From the NCBI GenBank assembly GCA_041659685.1, contig JBAZXV010000002.1:39527-103526 (forward strand): a DNA stretch of 64,000 nucleotides, written 5' to 3'. The notes beneath the pieces were generated by a model, which saw only the letters and a list, made by a program, of their open reading frames with translations, was not told the origin of the DNA and searched no databases. The number at the start of each line of letters is the position of its first letter. Position 1 is the first letter of the stretch. Below are positions 1 to 9,625 of the stretch, in pieces. A program made the position numbers and the translations under genes. The stretch is from Parcubacteria group bacterium (GTDB taxonomy: Bacteria; Patescibacteriota; Minisyncoccia; Moranbacterales; UBA11712).

Positions 1-657
1 AAGGAGTTGCATAGGCAAGGACTATTGCCAACTGATATTACTCACAATGTAAAATCATTCAAGCAAGATAAAAAGCATAAGAAAGACGGCCTAAATAGTG
101 AAGAAATGCAAATTCTTTCTTCGGCGATACACCAATCACCGGCAACACCTGATAATATGTGACTACGAGCTATCCTAAGCCTTCTGGCGCTGCAAGGATT
201 GAGGCAATGCGAAGTTATAAGGCTTGATTTTAAAGATGTCGACTTTATCGCTAAGACCGCGTTTATCACAGGCAAAGGAAGGGATGACAAAGAATTAATC
301 GATCTTCATCCTGAAACAGTTCAGGTGCTAAAGGAATATGTGAAGGCATGCAATATAGCGGATGGGCCGTTATTCGCAAGTCGGAGCAACAACAGCAAGG
401 GCAGACGGTTGACTACAAGGGCTTTGCGGGGGATTGTGCAAGTGTTTCTCAAAGGCTTGGGGATCGAAAAGGTTGTACATGGCTTCCGGCACTACTTCAC
501 GACCACTCTAGTCAAGAATTACAAGGGAGATCTACTTCAGGTTGCTAAATATACAAGACACCGGAGCCTTGAGATGCTTCAAGTCTACAATGACGATATA
601 AAGAGTAAAGATGACCTGCCAAGGTATTATGATGCGTTTAAAGAGATCGTTTTTTAG
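1..657 (+). pseudogene. Tyrosine recombinase (XerC/D-like integrase), 5'-truncated by the window edge and interrupted by an in-frame TGA at 160-162
   Basis: Frame-1 translation from nt 1 aligns with the catalytic domain of the intact paralog at 16891-17814 (KELHRQGLLPTDIT..., then LRAILSLLALQGLRQ..HGFRHYFTT..LEMLQVYND). The TGA aligns with an Arg codon of the paralog, so it looks like a CGA/AGA to TGA change. TGA is a real stop elsewhere in this window. Confidence 0.6.
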
Positions 658-676
658 CTTCAACTTCTCATAATCC

Positions 677-740
677 TAATTACAGGAAGTAGGAAAAGTA
701 TGACCAAACAGTCATGCTTTCCAAAACAAAGGAACGTCTT
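677..740. repeat. Integrase-proximal att-like site, copy 1 (TAATTACAGGAAGTAGGAAAAGTATGACCAAACAGTCATGC...CCAAAACAAAGGAACG); homologous to 18272-18330
   Basis: About 60 bp, roughly 75% identical to the sequence downstream of the paralogous integrase at 16891-17814. It contains an imperfect inverted repeat ATGAC/GTCAT. Flanking sequence over the next ~150 bp is also related. Confidence 0.45.
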
Positions 741-859
741 GAAGCGCTCTTTTTTTGTAAATTTTTTATAGAAAGAGAATTAGGCACCCTATGGCATCAC
801 CCCCGCCGGCAGCTTCGGGGCAAAATTAGGGGACCCTATAGTCGTATCGCGCCAAAACA

Positions 860-894
860 AAAAAGGGCTTCCGCCCGCGCAAAAAATAAAAAAG
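860..894. repeat. Short A-rich repeat with GGGCTTCCGCCCGC hairpin core (copy 1); the same motif recurs at 2667-2706
   Basis: AAAACAAAAAAGG(G)CTTCCGCCCGC(G/T)CAAAAAA(T/C)AAAAAAG is present on both sides of gene 934-2532. A GGGC/GCCC stem flanked by A-runs could act as a weak bidirectional terminator. Confidence 0.4.
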
Positions 895-933
895 GTGCCA
901 CTACTATTTATTGCTAAAATTAAGCATCGCTAA

Positions 934-2532
934 CTAATCCGTATCTAGATGCGGATTGTCCTTGTCGCAATATGTTTCCATAGTGTCATATAACTTCATA
1001 ATTTTTTTCTCGTATGATTGAATTACCTCAAGCAAGGCTTCTCTGTCTGCACGGATTCCCTTTTTTAGTAGCTTGTAAAGATTGTCATTCAGACGTTTAT
1101 TAGATGGATAATAGAAGTTTTGCAATTCTCTCATTTTTTTAAAACTTGGCGTATAGATAACTTGGTTTCCCATTACCATTGAGAAACTCAACCGATACGT
1201 TCTCTTCATAAACTCCCTTGCAATGGAGGACAACTGGTTATCAGAAAGGGCTAACGCTTTATCTTTAAGCTTTTCTTTTATTTTTGCGACATAATCTTTA
1301 AAGTCCTTATTTAGCAGCCACGCCAAATTAAAACAGACTTTTGGCGTTTTTTCTTTTTTAAGCAAATCTTCTCCTAATATCAGCATGCCATCTGTAAGAC
1401 AAAAAAACCGTATTTTTTCGGATGAAGGCGCCATGAATTTCTCCTCCGGCAATATTTTGCTCTCTAAAAAAATGTTTGCATTTTTTGATAGTATGTCCAA
1501 TACAAGTTTGGCGAGCAGTTCTTCTTTCTTATTATTCTCTCGCATTATGACGATAACATTCAAATTAGAAACGCCAGGGATAAAATCATCCCGAAAAATG
1601 CTACCAGTAAGGTAAACCGCACGTAAATTCTCTTTAAAAATTTTAGTTAAAATCTTATCAGCTAATCCAATAATAAATCTATTCGCTGAAGAAATAGAAC
1701 TAAGGCTATATGAGCTTCTCTTTGCTCTAACTAAATCATCTAATTTTAGGTATTCATTTATCAATTCGGCGCCTTTTTTCAAAGTAGGAAATCTGAAGTA
1801 ATTGATTGTGACCCTCGCCACTTCATCTACATTTTTTTCTATGGCACCCAAAGTATCTTTCATTTTATTTGAACCATCAGTCTGCCACAGCTGCACATTC
1901 TCCTCCATTTTTTCTGCAAGTTTCTTTTTACCATATTCACTTAAATGACTTTCGAATTTTGGATCCAACATGGACTTGAAAGAACTAGCACGCATATAGC
2001 TTTCCACCTTTGGAAGCGGATTTTTATAGTGGTGATAATGCGTCCTCTTTTTAAGAGCTTTTGCTATTACTCCATTTTGAGTATTGTCATCCCATTCTCT
2101 CAATAAATTTAGTAGTTTGGGTATTTTTTCTACATTTGGACTCTTGAGTAATCCCCTGAGGGTAGTTTTATTTTCGATTTTTTTCTTCAAGTAGTCCTTC
2201 CTCGGTGTTGCGATCGCTCCGACCATTTGGCAAAGTTTATCTTTTAACTGATGAGTGAGATCAAGAAAGTAGCCTTGATGGTACATGATGTAATCTTCGC
2301 GACTAATGGAGTGGTCTTTCAAAAAAGCCTCCTCCGGTAAACTTGAAACAAAAGACGCCGCAGCCCTTAACTCCCGGATAATCCTTTCAATATCATAAAT
2401 GTATTGTTGCGCTATGTTCCAATGGGAATGACCTTTGGGCACACGCCCCATTGCATAATTTTGGGGCTGCCTTAAATCACCTTTAATGCTTACTAAAATA
2501 AGCGACAGCTTCAATTTTTCAAACCAATTCAT
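934..2532 (-). CDS. Hypothetical protein (532 aa); possible degenerate minimal-nucleotidyltransferase-like segment (GS-x10-SNLNV)
   Basis: Long uninterrupted ORF with coding-like composition. The LTGSIFRDDFIPGVSNLNVIVIM segment resembles the MNT GS...DxD motif but with Asn in place of Asp. No confident family assignment. Confidence 0.5.
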   Translation of the reverse strand: MNWFEKLKLSLILVSIKGDLRQPQNYAMGRVPKGHSHWNIAQQYIYDIERIIRELRAAASFVSSLPEEAFLKDHSISREDYIMYHQGYFLDLTHQLKDKLCQMVGAIATPRKDYLKKKIENKTTLRGLLKSPNVEKIPKLLNLLREWDDNTQNGVIAKALKKRTHYHHYKNPLPKVESYMRASSFKSMLDPKFESHLSEYGKKKLAEKMEENVQLWQTDGSNKMKDTLGAIEKNVDEVARVTINYFRFPTLKKGAELINEYLKLDDLVRAKRSSYSLSSISSANRFIIGLADKILTKIFKENLRAVYLTGSIFRDDFIPGVSNLNVIVIMRENNKKEELLAKLVLDILSKNANIFLESKILPEEKFMAPSSEKIRFFCLTDGMLILGEDLLKKEKTPKVCFNLAWLLNKDFKDYVAKIKEKLKDKALALSDNQLSSIAREFMKRTYRLSFSMVMGNQVIYTPSFKKMRELQNFYYPSNKRLNDNLYKLLKKGIRADREALLEVIQSYEKKIMKLYDTMETYCDKDNPHLDTD

Positions 2533-2666
2533 TGTTTTTATATAATGTTTCCATTGTAATAACGGATAACCCCTGGACTTAATATAGGCCTTATTGTGCC
2601 CAAAAACAAGCGTTTTCGGTCAAAATATAAGGTATTTTATTAGTTAAAACCGTAGAATAATCCCTA

Positions 2667-2706
2667 AAACAAAAAAGGCTTCCGCCCGCTCAAAAAACAA
2701 AAAAGT
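2667..2706. repeat. Second copy of the AAAAAAGGCTTCCGCCCGC-containing repeat
   Basis: Near-identical 40-bp match to 860-894. Confidence 0.4.
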
Positions 2707-2718
2707 AGTCTCTAACAA

Positions 2719-4314
2719 CTAATCATTAAAAGAAAAAGTTTTTATTGACTTATTTATTCTAGCCTTATTATCATCAGCATCCTTTCCTTTTTCGTATGTA
2801 CCTAAAATTCGATACAACTTATTATCATAAACCGTATAATAGACGCTATCACCTAACCCTCCGAATTCACCGTTTTGTTTTTCGACCGACCAAGCTGTTC
2901 TGTAATAAACAGATTTTTTGTTGTCTATAAAAGCAATGCCTTTCTCCATTATTTTATGATCTGGAAACTTACTCGAAAAATCTGAAACTATACCCTCAAG
3001 ATATTTTTTGGCATTCTCATTGGAAGGATGATTTAAATCAAGCGAAGATAGTTCGTCTTTTTCTTGGCCTAAAATGTCTTTTTTAACGTCCGAATTTTCA
3101 GGTGTTTTATATACTATGACTTTCACAGATGTCATGAAAGAATCTCTTTTTTCTGATTCTATTGAAAAGAAATCCTCTGTTTTGTCGTTTGTATAAAGTT
3201 TCCATTCAATTGGTAGTTTTATACTAAATTTATAATCATCGTTTTTATATATTTTAGCTTCATTATCAGCAAAATCCTCTCTTAGCAAATTTACCAAATC
3301 TTCAAACGGCTGAATTATGCCTAGGTTTTCATAATTGCCATGACTTAACCAAGTTGGAACACCAGCTAAACAAACTTGATTATTAATTTTGGAAACAGCA
3401 AGGCCGCCAGAATTTCCTGAATCTATCTTGGCATCCGTATAAAAATTACCTTCTTCATTTATTCCACTGACGAGCCCTGATGTAATAATCAAGTGATAAT
3501 CTCGAGCTTCATTTTCCAATGTTCCATCGCTACCAGTTTTAAATGCAGCACTTGGGAAACCAAAAATGTAAATTTTATTCCCAACCATTTTATCTTTTGG
3601 ACAAGAAGGATAATTCTTTAGCATCCTATCTCTTAGGGTGAAATCGGTAGTATAAGGTCTTTCCTGCATTTCACCTCCAATTTTTTCAGCATACTTAAGC
3701 AACGCTACATCAAATTTCCCGTCCAAAAAATGACTACTGTCGTTATAATTATAAGTCCTAATCACTTCTTTGCGATTAAAAGAAGCGACACAGGCGTTTA
3801 GGTCTGGATTAGATGAGGCGTCTTTTAATTCAGCCACATGTCCATTTGTTAAAATGTAAGTGTTTTTATAATTAAATTCTTTTTCGTCAAAAGACTTTCC
3901 TTCTAATATATTTTTATCCAAAAGAGTTCCCGAACCAAAGATTGAGCCAAAGGTATTGTCCCCCGATCTTTCTTTACTAAAGCAATGAAGCAAAACTAAA
4001 GATTTAGAAATTTTATCTATTTCTTGACTATTAAGCTCGCCAGTTTGGCTGCTAGGGGAATCATCCCTCGATATTTTTTCGGCACTATTGATTAAGCTAC
4101 TATTAAAAAAATTAATTGGATTTTTAATAAAATAAAGAGAAATTAACGCAACTATTATTATGATGAAAAGCCCTACTGCATACCAGACTATTTTTTTAAC
4201 CTCTCTTTTTCTATGATTATAAGGATTACTTCTGGAAGTTAAATAGCTGCCACAATATTTGCATTTTATTGCCTCGTCTTGAATTTCTTCTGCGCAAAAG
4301 GGGCATTGTTTCAT
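2719..4314 (-). CDS. Membrane-anchored trypsin-like (S1/chymotrypsin-fold) serine protease with N-terminal zinc-ribbon
   Basis: N-terminus [23 protein letters not shown] is a CxxC...CxxC zinc ribbon, followed by one TM helix (VGLFIIIIVALISLYFI). Catalytic-triad contexts are TNGHVAELK (His), DVALLKY (Asp) and GNSGGLAVS (Ser). Confidence 0.75.
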   Translation of the reverse strand: MKQCPFCAEEIQDEAIKCKYCGSYLTSRSNPYNHRKREVKKIVWYAVGLFIIIIVALISLYFIKNPINFFNSSLINSAEKISRDDSPSSQTGELNSQEIDKISKSLVLLHCFSKERSGDNTFGSIFGSGTLLDKNILEGKSFDEKEFNYKNTYILTNGHVAELKDASSNPDLNACVASFNRKEVIRTYNYNDSSHFLDGKFDVALLKYAEKIGGEMQERPYTTDFTLRDRMLKNYPSCPKDKMVGNKIYIFGFPSAAFKTGSDGTLENEARDYHLIITSGLVSGINEEGNFYTDAKIDSGNSGGLAVSKINNQVCLAGVPTWLSHGNYENLGIIQPFEDLVNLLREDFADNEAKIYKNDDYKFSIKLPIEWKLYTNDKTEDFFSIESEKRDSFMTSVKVIVYKTPENSDVKKDILGQEKDELSSLDLNHPSNENAKKYLEGIVSDFSSKFPDHKIMEKGIAFIDNKKSVYYRTAWSVEKQNGEFGGLGDSVYYTVYDNKLYRILGTYEKGKDADDNKARINKSIKTFSFND

Positions 4315-4361
4315 GGGTTTTCCTAGTTAAAGTAAAATACTGCCTCGCTATTTGCTAAAAA

Positions 4362-5168
4362 TTACCAATATCTCGTTGCCTCGATAGCTTTCAAGTCCGC
4401 ATCATATTTTGCTCTTAATGCATCGCAGTCTATTGTAAACTGATTTCGAACCGCTTCGGCTCCACCGGAAAATGTCATGCCCCTATTGTTAAGATCCTCC
4501 ATTGTTGCGTCATAGGCTATCTGCAGTTTTCTTAGATCTCTATTATAATCATTTTCTAACTCCACAATGGATAAATTATAATCTGCTTTATCAAGTTCCA
4601 GCATTTTCGCGGCGTAAGTTGCGGCCTCTTCAGCTTCCCTTAATCTTTTTGCTTCGTCTTGCCTTGCTTGTTCAGCCGCCAAATCCGCTAAGCGCTTCGC
4701 TAAATCTGCTTGTATTTTTGCAAATTCGTCATTCCCCGAAGCAATGATAGGAGCAGTCGGACTGGCGATGATTTTTCCAGTTCTTTTCACTACTTTCGAA
4801 AGTGTTTGCGTAATAGTTCCGTTAGTCGCCTGCACACTCACCGTATTCACCGCCGAATCGAGAGGCACATTATATTTAAATGCGCCTTTTTTATTTGCTG
4901 TCAGGGTTGTTTTCTCTTGTCCGTTCACGCTGATTATCACCGTAAAGTACGCGCCCGTTTTCCCTGTTAGCTTAATTGAAGATTTTTTTGTTTTCTTTTT
5001 TACGCTAACTTTTAATTTAACGGCCTTTGCTTTCTTTTTAAGCGCATTGTAGGTTTTTGAATTTGCTGTGGATGCGCTGGAACTTGGAATCGAAATCGCC
5101 AAGCCGAATAAAAAAACAGCCAAAAAGACTGCGAGGGGAAGGCATACTTTTTTACGAGAGATTTTCAT
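4362..5168 (-). CDS. Secreted/lipoprotein-like hypothetical protein with C-terminal coiled coil
   Basis: N-terminal signal peptide MKISRKKVCLPLAVFLAVFLFGLAISIPSSSAS. Lys-rich beta-rich middle region. The C-terminal region is coiled-coil-like (AEQARQDEAKRLREAEEA). Confidence 0.55.
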   Translation of the reverse strand: MKISRKKVCLPLAVFLAVFLFGLAISIPSSSASTANSKTYNALKKKAKAVKLKVSVKKKTKKSSIKLTGKTGAYFTVIISVNGQEKTTLTANKKGAFKYNVPLDSAVNTVSVQATNGTITQTLSKVVKRTGKIIASPTAPIIASGNDEFAKIQADLAKRLADLAAEQARQDEAKRLREAEEAATYAAKMLELDKADYNLSIVELENDYNRDLRKLQIAYDATMEDLNNRGMTFSGGAEAVRNQFTIDCDALRAKYDADLKAIEATRYW

Positions 5169-5350
5169 TTTAATTATTTTAAGGATAAAAAAAGGACAAC
5201 CCTACTGGTTGTCGGACCCAACTAGGCAGGTTATGCCCAATTGTTTTAAGCAAGGTTGCCCATTTTCTGGCACAACCCTACTTTTGCTCGATAAAGAAAA
5301 GTTTATTTAGTTGGATCCGACACTTAAAAAATACCACCTAAATCACAAAA

Positions 5351-6199
5351 ATGCAACTTTTTGAGTTGATTTTTTCCCTTATTTACGGTAAAATAAGAGA
5401 AATTAAGATTAAAATGATGGATATAGTTGAGGTCAAAGAAAAAAAATGGGCGATGCTACTTGTTTTAGCCAGAATGTTAGATTATGAAATATCTGAAGAG
5501 AATGCAATTCTCCCTTTAATTTTAATCAGAGGTGAAACACGCAAGATTAAGAAAAATGTTACTGTAGATGACATAACCTACGAGATTGAAAATAATCTTT
5601 TAGAAAAAATTGTATTTGAATTACAAGTAGAAGGTATAATTCATCCTCCCTTGCTAACTCATAAAGGTTATTCATACTCAATTAGAAATAGAGAAAAGAT
5701 AGGACAAAGAATGGCAGAGCTTAATTCAATGGAGATTACATTGGATAAAATCCGGGATCGCTATGTCAAGAATGAAGCCATTGATAATAAAAAAAGACTT
5801 AAATCAATTCATCTTGTGACTAAATCTGTGGCCGTAGAGAATGTGATATTTCTGGTACTTGACGAAAGATTTGAAATGCCTATTCGTTTTGATACAAAAA
5901 ATCGCAAGGGAGAAGATACTACTATAAAAAAACTCCACGATATTGCGTATTTCGTGAACGCTCCGGGAAAGAGAGTCGGTTATAGCGAAAGGCTTGCTGA
6001 TAATATCAATAATGGGATTTTTAAAAAAAGACCAATTAAGGATTATATGAAAACGAATAAATTTGAAAAACCGACACTCGTGCAAAAATCAGAAGATGGA
6101 AATATTTTAGTTTTAAAAAATGAAATACTGATTAAAACAATGTTAATAAATGCTGTTCCAACGCAATATCAATCGTTGTATAAAGACAAGATAAAATAA
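5351..6199 (+). CDS. Hypothetical protein (first gene of a replication/integration module)
   Basis: 282-aa ORF followed by a rho-independent terminator. No recognisable motif. Confidence 0.45.
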   Translation: MQLFELIFSLIYGKIREIKIKMMDIVEVKEKKWAMLLVLARMLDYEISEENAILPLILIRGETRKIKKNVTVDDITYEIENNLLEKIVFELQVEGIIHPPLLTHKGYSYSIRNREKIGQRMAELNSMEITLDKIRDRYVKNEAIDNKKRLKSIHLVTKSVAVENVIFLVLDERFEMPIRFDTKNRKGEDTTIKKLHDIAYFVNAPGKRVGYSERLADNINNGIFKKRPIKDYMKTNKFEKPTLVQKSEDGNILVLKNEILIKTMLINAVPTQYQSLYKDKIK

Positions 6200-6247
6200 T
6201 CGATTTTCCGAATATCGTCCGAGAGAAAGCAGGTTAATAGTCAGAAT

Positions 6248-6275
6248 CACCTCGAAAAGGTGGTTTTTTTGTTTT
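6248..6275 (+). terminator. Rho-independent terminator (CACCTCGAAAAGGTGG followed by a T-run)
   Basis: 4-bp GC stem CACC/GGTG with a GAAAAG loop and TTTTTTTGTTTTG tail, downstream of gene 5351-6199. Confidence 0.5.
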
Positions 6276-6342
6276 GTTATCCGACCGCTCGGATAGATAT
6301 GATTTATGCAGATAGTCAGTTAATCACTCAAATTTAAATTAT

Positions 6343-6564
6343 ATGAAAAAAATAAAAGATCTAAACCAAGCTGCCTTCTTAAAGTTGAAAAAGCTCAAAC
6401 TACTTGGAGAATTGGAATGGTCTGATGATGTCGCTTACTTTGTTTTCGAAGATAATGGCCAAGCTGATCAACTAATTGAAACTTACATTAATAGCGAAGC
6501 TACTGGAAATCTCAAGGAATTTGCTGAAATTCAAAGAAGTTTGAAGCAAATGTTATTTAAATAA
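6343..6564 (+). CDS. Small hypothetical protein (73 aa)
   Basis: ORF in the same orientation and spacing as the surrounding module. No motif. Confidence 0.3.
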   Translation: MKKIKDLNQAAFLKLKKLKLLGELEWSDDVAYFVFEDNGQADQLIETYINSEATGNLKEFAEIQRSLKQMLFK

Positions 6565-6589
6565 CTCTTAAAATTAATATTTAAAAAAG

Positions 6590-6883
6590 ATGAAAATTTA
6601 TAATGAAAACCAAATAATAGAAAATCTAAAGAAATGTCCTCATTTCGATTTTTGTTCGCGTAATTTTTGTTCTCTAGATTTGGAGCTTCATTTTAGAAGC
6701 GGACGGGAACAGGATAAGTGTCGGTATATGAGATCGCCTCGATTAACAAAAGTGAAAGATAAGGAATTTATCACGGGAGGAGCCACTATGTCAGACGCGG
6801 TACTTAATTTCGTGCCTAGCGAGAATTTGGAGCGCTTAAACAAAGCTTCTCAAGAGCGTTGGCGAGAACTTAACGAAAATTAA
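6590..6883 (+). CDS. Small hypothetical Cys-containing protein (97 aa)
   Basis: Its stop abuts the start of the next gene at 6885, suggesting operon organisation. Confidence 0.35.
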   Translation: MKIYNENQIIENLKKCPHFDFCSRNFCSLDLELHFRSGREQDKCRYMRSPRLTKVKDKEFITGGATMSDAVLNFVPSENLERLNKASQERWRELNEN

Positions 6884-6884
6884 T

Positions 6885-7448
6885 ATGAATATGAAATATC
6901 AACCGCCAAAATTTAGAGATAAAGAACTTTTGGAAATATTCCCAGAGGCTCGAGAAATAATTCCCGAAAAAATAGGGGAATGGAAAATTGAGCTACGCAT
7001 GAATGAGCAGATTATTGAAGATTGCTTGGCTTCTATATATGGACAGGCAACAGATGATTTTTCGATCTGGTTTTCTGAAGAAGCGGCAAAAACTTTCTTG
7101 ATGCCTCCGATCATGGAGGCCGAAAAACACATTTTGCGATTAAAGAGGATGCTATCTATTTTCAGCCCAAGTGGGAAGAGGCTGGAACGCTGGCAGGATA
7201 AAATGGAAATCGCGCGACAGTACCCGATTTATGAGATCGCAAGCGGCAACCTTACGCTAAAACAGTCCGGGGATAAATTTTTGTCCCTTTGCCCATTCCA
7301 CGATGAAAAGCACGCTAGTTTTTTTATCTTTACCAAAACTAACACATTTCATTGTTTCGGATGTCAGGAACACGGCGATGTAATCAAATTAACAATGTAT
7401 TTGCACGGAATCAACTTCAAAGAGGCCGTGAGAATGCTACAAAATTAA
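6885..7448 (+). CDS. DNA primase-type CHC2 zinc-finger protein (phage/plasmid primase N-terminal domain)
   Basis: CPFHDEKHASFFIFTKTNTFHCFGCQEHGDVIKL matches the DnaG/phage-primase zf-CHC2 signature CPFH..PSF......CFGCG..GDVI. Confidence 0.6.
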   Translation: MNMKYQPPKFRDKELLEIFPEAREIIPEKIGEWKIELRMNEQIIEDCLASIYGQATDDFSIWFSEEAAKTFLMPPIMEAEKHILRLKRMLSIFSPSGKRLERWQDKMEIARQYPIYEIASGNLTLKQSGDKFLSLCPFHDEKHASFFIFTKTNTFHCFGCQEHGDVIKLTMYLHGINFKEAVRMLQN

Positions 7449-7449
7449 T

Positions 7450-8517
7450 ATGAATATTGAAGAAAAAAAGTTTGAAGAGATTAAAAATGAGGTCAAAAGC
7501 AAAGAGCATTTGAAGGACACTTTCAAGGCGATCAGCTTGAACCAGCTTTACTCCATGGAATTTCCAGCGAGCAAGTGGGTAATTGAAAAACTCATCCCAC
7601 ATGAAAGTATAACTATTATTTCCGGCGCTCCGGCGAGCTTCAAGTCATGGCTAATCCTAAGAATGGCTTTAGATATTGCCAAGGGAGAAAGCCTACTGGG
7701 TCAATTCAAATGCGAGAAATACAAAGTTCTAATTATCGATGAAGAAAATCATTTGCGTTTAGTCCAAGATAGGTTAAAGCGTTTGGGAGCTGAAGACAAT
7801 CTTCCTATCTTCTTTTTATCTCAAAAAGGATTTTTAGTTTCCAAAAAGGGAATGATCGAAAATGTGCTAGAGATATGCGGACAAGAAGAAATCGATGTTA
7901 TTTTTATTGATTCACTAGTTAGGATCAGTAAAGCGGAAGAAAATGATGCTTCCCAAATGTCAGAAGTTTTCAGAGGCATTAAGCAATTTTGCCAGAATGG
8001 TAAAACAGTAATTATTACTCATCACGAACGAAAAGAAGGCGCGGTAAAAGGTACTGCGCAAGCTAGATTAAGGGGATCTTCAGATATACAAGCCTCTGTT
8101 GATTGCCATTTGGCACTTCGAAGAGATAAAAATGATAAAACTAAATTAGTGGTAGAGCAAGCCAAGCTTCGAACAGATGAAGAAGCCGAATCATTTGAAG
8201 TGGCTGTTCAGAAGGTTGAAGGAAAAACAGAGTTTAGCTTTCTCGGCATGTATTCAAAAGACAAAAGCAAAATGGAGACAGCTAAAGAAATTATCCAATC
8301 TGTTTTGGAAGAAGAACAAGATGGGCTGTGCAGAAAAGAAATATTCCAGCGCGTGAGGGAGATTGAGAACATTAATGATAAGAGCATCAGAGAGGCCATC
8401 GAATACCTTTTGAGTGAGAAAATTATACTGGAAAAGAAAGGAGAAGGAAACACAAAAATATGTTATCTCGCAAAGTTTTATCAAGAAGAAATAGATCCGC
8501 AAGAAGCCTTAATCTAA
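7450..8517 (+). CDS. RecA-like AAA_25/RepA-DnaB-type helicase ATPase (mobile-element replicative helicase)
   Basis: Walker A-like IISGAPASFKSWLILRMALDIAKG and Walker B VLIIDEENH. The architecture is typical of phage P4-like or integrative-element primase-helicase pairs. Its start overlaps the stop of the upstream primase zinc-finger gene. Confidence 0.55.
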   Translation: MNIEEKKFEEIKNEVKSKEHLKDTFKAISLNQLYSMEFPASKWVIEKLIPHESITIISGAPASFKSWLILRMALDIAKGESLLGQFKCEKYKVLIIDEENHLRLVQDRLKRLGAEDNLPIFFLSQKGFLVSKKGMIENVLEICGQEEIDVIFIDSLVRISKAEENDASQMSEVFRGIKQFCQNGKTVIITHHERKEGAVKGTAQARLRGSSDIQASVDCHLALRRDKNDKTKLVVEQAKLRTDEEAESFEVAVQKVEGKTEFSFLGMYSKDKSKMETAKEIIQSVLEEEQDGLCRKEIFQRVREIENINDKSIREAIEYLLSEKIILEKKGEGNTKICYLAKFYQEEIDPQEALI

Positions 8518-8568
8518 AACGGCAAAACGGCAGTATATATATACATTGCCAAATTGCCGATTTAAAAA

Positions 8569-9507
8569 ATGAATCAGGATAATCTCGTCAAAATTGAAGA
8601 ATGTTTTCGAAACGCCAGTATCACTGACGAGCTTTGTCTTGCTTCCATAAAAAAATATACGAGTTCAATGAGAAAGTTTTTTGCAGTTATCGGCGACAAG
8701 AAGCTGGAAGATTTAAGTAATGAAGATATTGATAATTTTATAATTAAAATGAAAGGAGGTATTGATAATTCAACAATTAGAAGCGTAATTTATGCAGTCA
8801 AATGGATTGTAAAAAGCATGCAGAATAGGAGGGTGGTTTTTCAGCACTTAGATTTATTATTAATTAAACAACCCAAAATTATGAAAAAAGAAGTCAATTA
8901 TCTCACGGAAAATGAGATCGAGCAATTCATAAATTGTATCAAGAAAGATATTGATAAAAGGGAGACTGTGAAAAAAATCAGGTTTATGGCTTTTGTGATG
9001 TTGCTTTTGCAAACGGGGGCAAGAATTGGAGAAGTATTGTCTATAAATATTGAAGATATAAACAGGCAAAATAAAGAAATTCCGATTATTGGAAAAGGAA
9101 ATAAACCCGGGACGCTATTTTTGAGAGACGAGACAATAAATTGGATCATTAAATATCTATCAGTAAGAGGGGGTAATAACAAAGCATTATTCACTACCCT
9201 TAATGGAGAATCGCGATGGGAGCAAACAGATGCAGGCCGGTCTTTTAGGAGATACAGGAAAATGTCGGGGATAGCGAAGAAATTTACTATTCATACTCTA
9301 CGACATACCTTTGCCACCCATCTTTTGCAGGAAGGAAAACCACTGCCTACAGTTCAGGCCGCATTAAGGCATTCCGATCCGATGACGACACTTAGATTTT
9401 ATTCCGGCGCCGTTGAGAAAGCTAAAGTCAAAGAAATGATCAACGACCGACATTTTGATTTTATCCCACAGTCAGCCCTGAAAGCTGAGCCAAAAGTGGA
9501 TATATAG
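8569..9507 (+). CDS. Tyrosine site-specific recombinase / integrase
   Basis: C-terminal catalytic motifs HTLRHTFATHLLQEGKPLPTVQAALRHSDPMTTLRFY (the R..H..R..Y box) and ARIGEVLSINIEDI (box I Arg). Confidence 0.8.
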   Translation: MNQDNLVKIEECFRNASITDELCLASIKKYTSSMRKFFAVIGDKKLEDLSNEDIDNFIIKMKGGIDNSTIRSVIYAVKWIVKSMQNRRVVFQHLDLLLIKQPKIMKKEVNYLTENEIEQFINCIKKDIDKRETVKKIRFMAFVMLLLQTGARIGEVLSINIEDINRQNKEIPIIGKGNKPGTLFLRDETINWIIKYLSVRGGNNKALFTTLNGESRWEQTDAGRSFRRYRKMSGIAKKFTIHTLRHTFATHLLQEGKPLPTVQAALRHSDPMTTLRFYSGAVEKAKVKEMINDRHFDFIPQSALKAEPKVDI

Positions 9508-9625
9508 TAAAAGGATCAACTCAATAGGCATTTCTGAAAAACAAGCTTGTAATAGGCTTGTTTTGCTTTACTTTGCAGCTTTTTAGCAGTAAGATAAGTT
9601 TATATAAGGGATTATAGGATAATCT

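Noticed and set aside
160-162. In-frame TGA in the integrase as evidence for an alternative genetic code (TGA=Gly/Trp)
   Set aside because: TGA is the terminal codon of several well-delimited genes (mod at 11177-11179, hsdR at 29047-29049) with downstream genes starting right at or over the stop. The TGA aligns to Arg in the paralog, which fits a point nonsense mutation.
714-917. 67-aa ORF downstream of the integrase fragment
   Set aside because: It overlaps the att-like site and the A-rich repeat. Its Lys/Arg-rich low-complexity translation is typical of an A-rich non-coding region.
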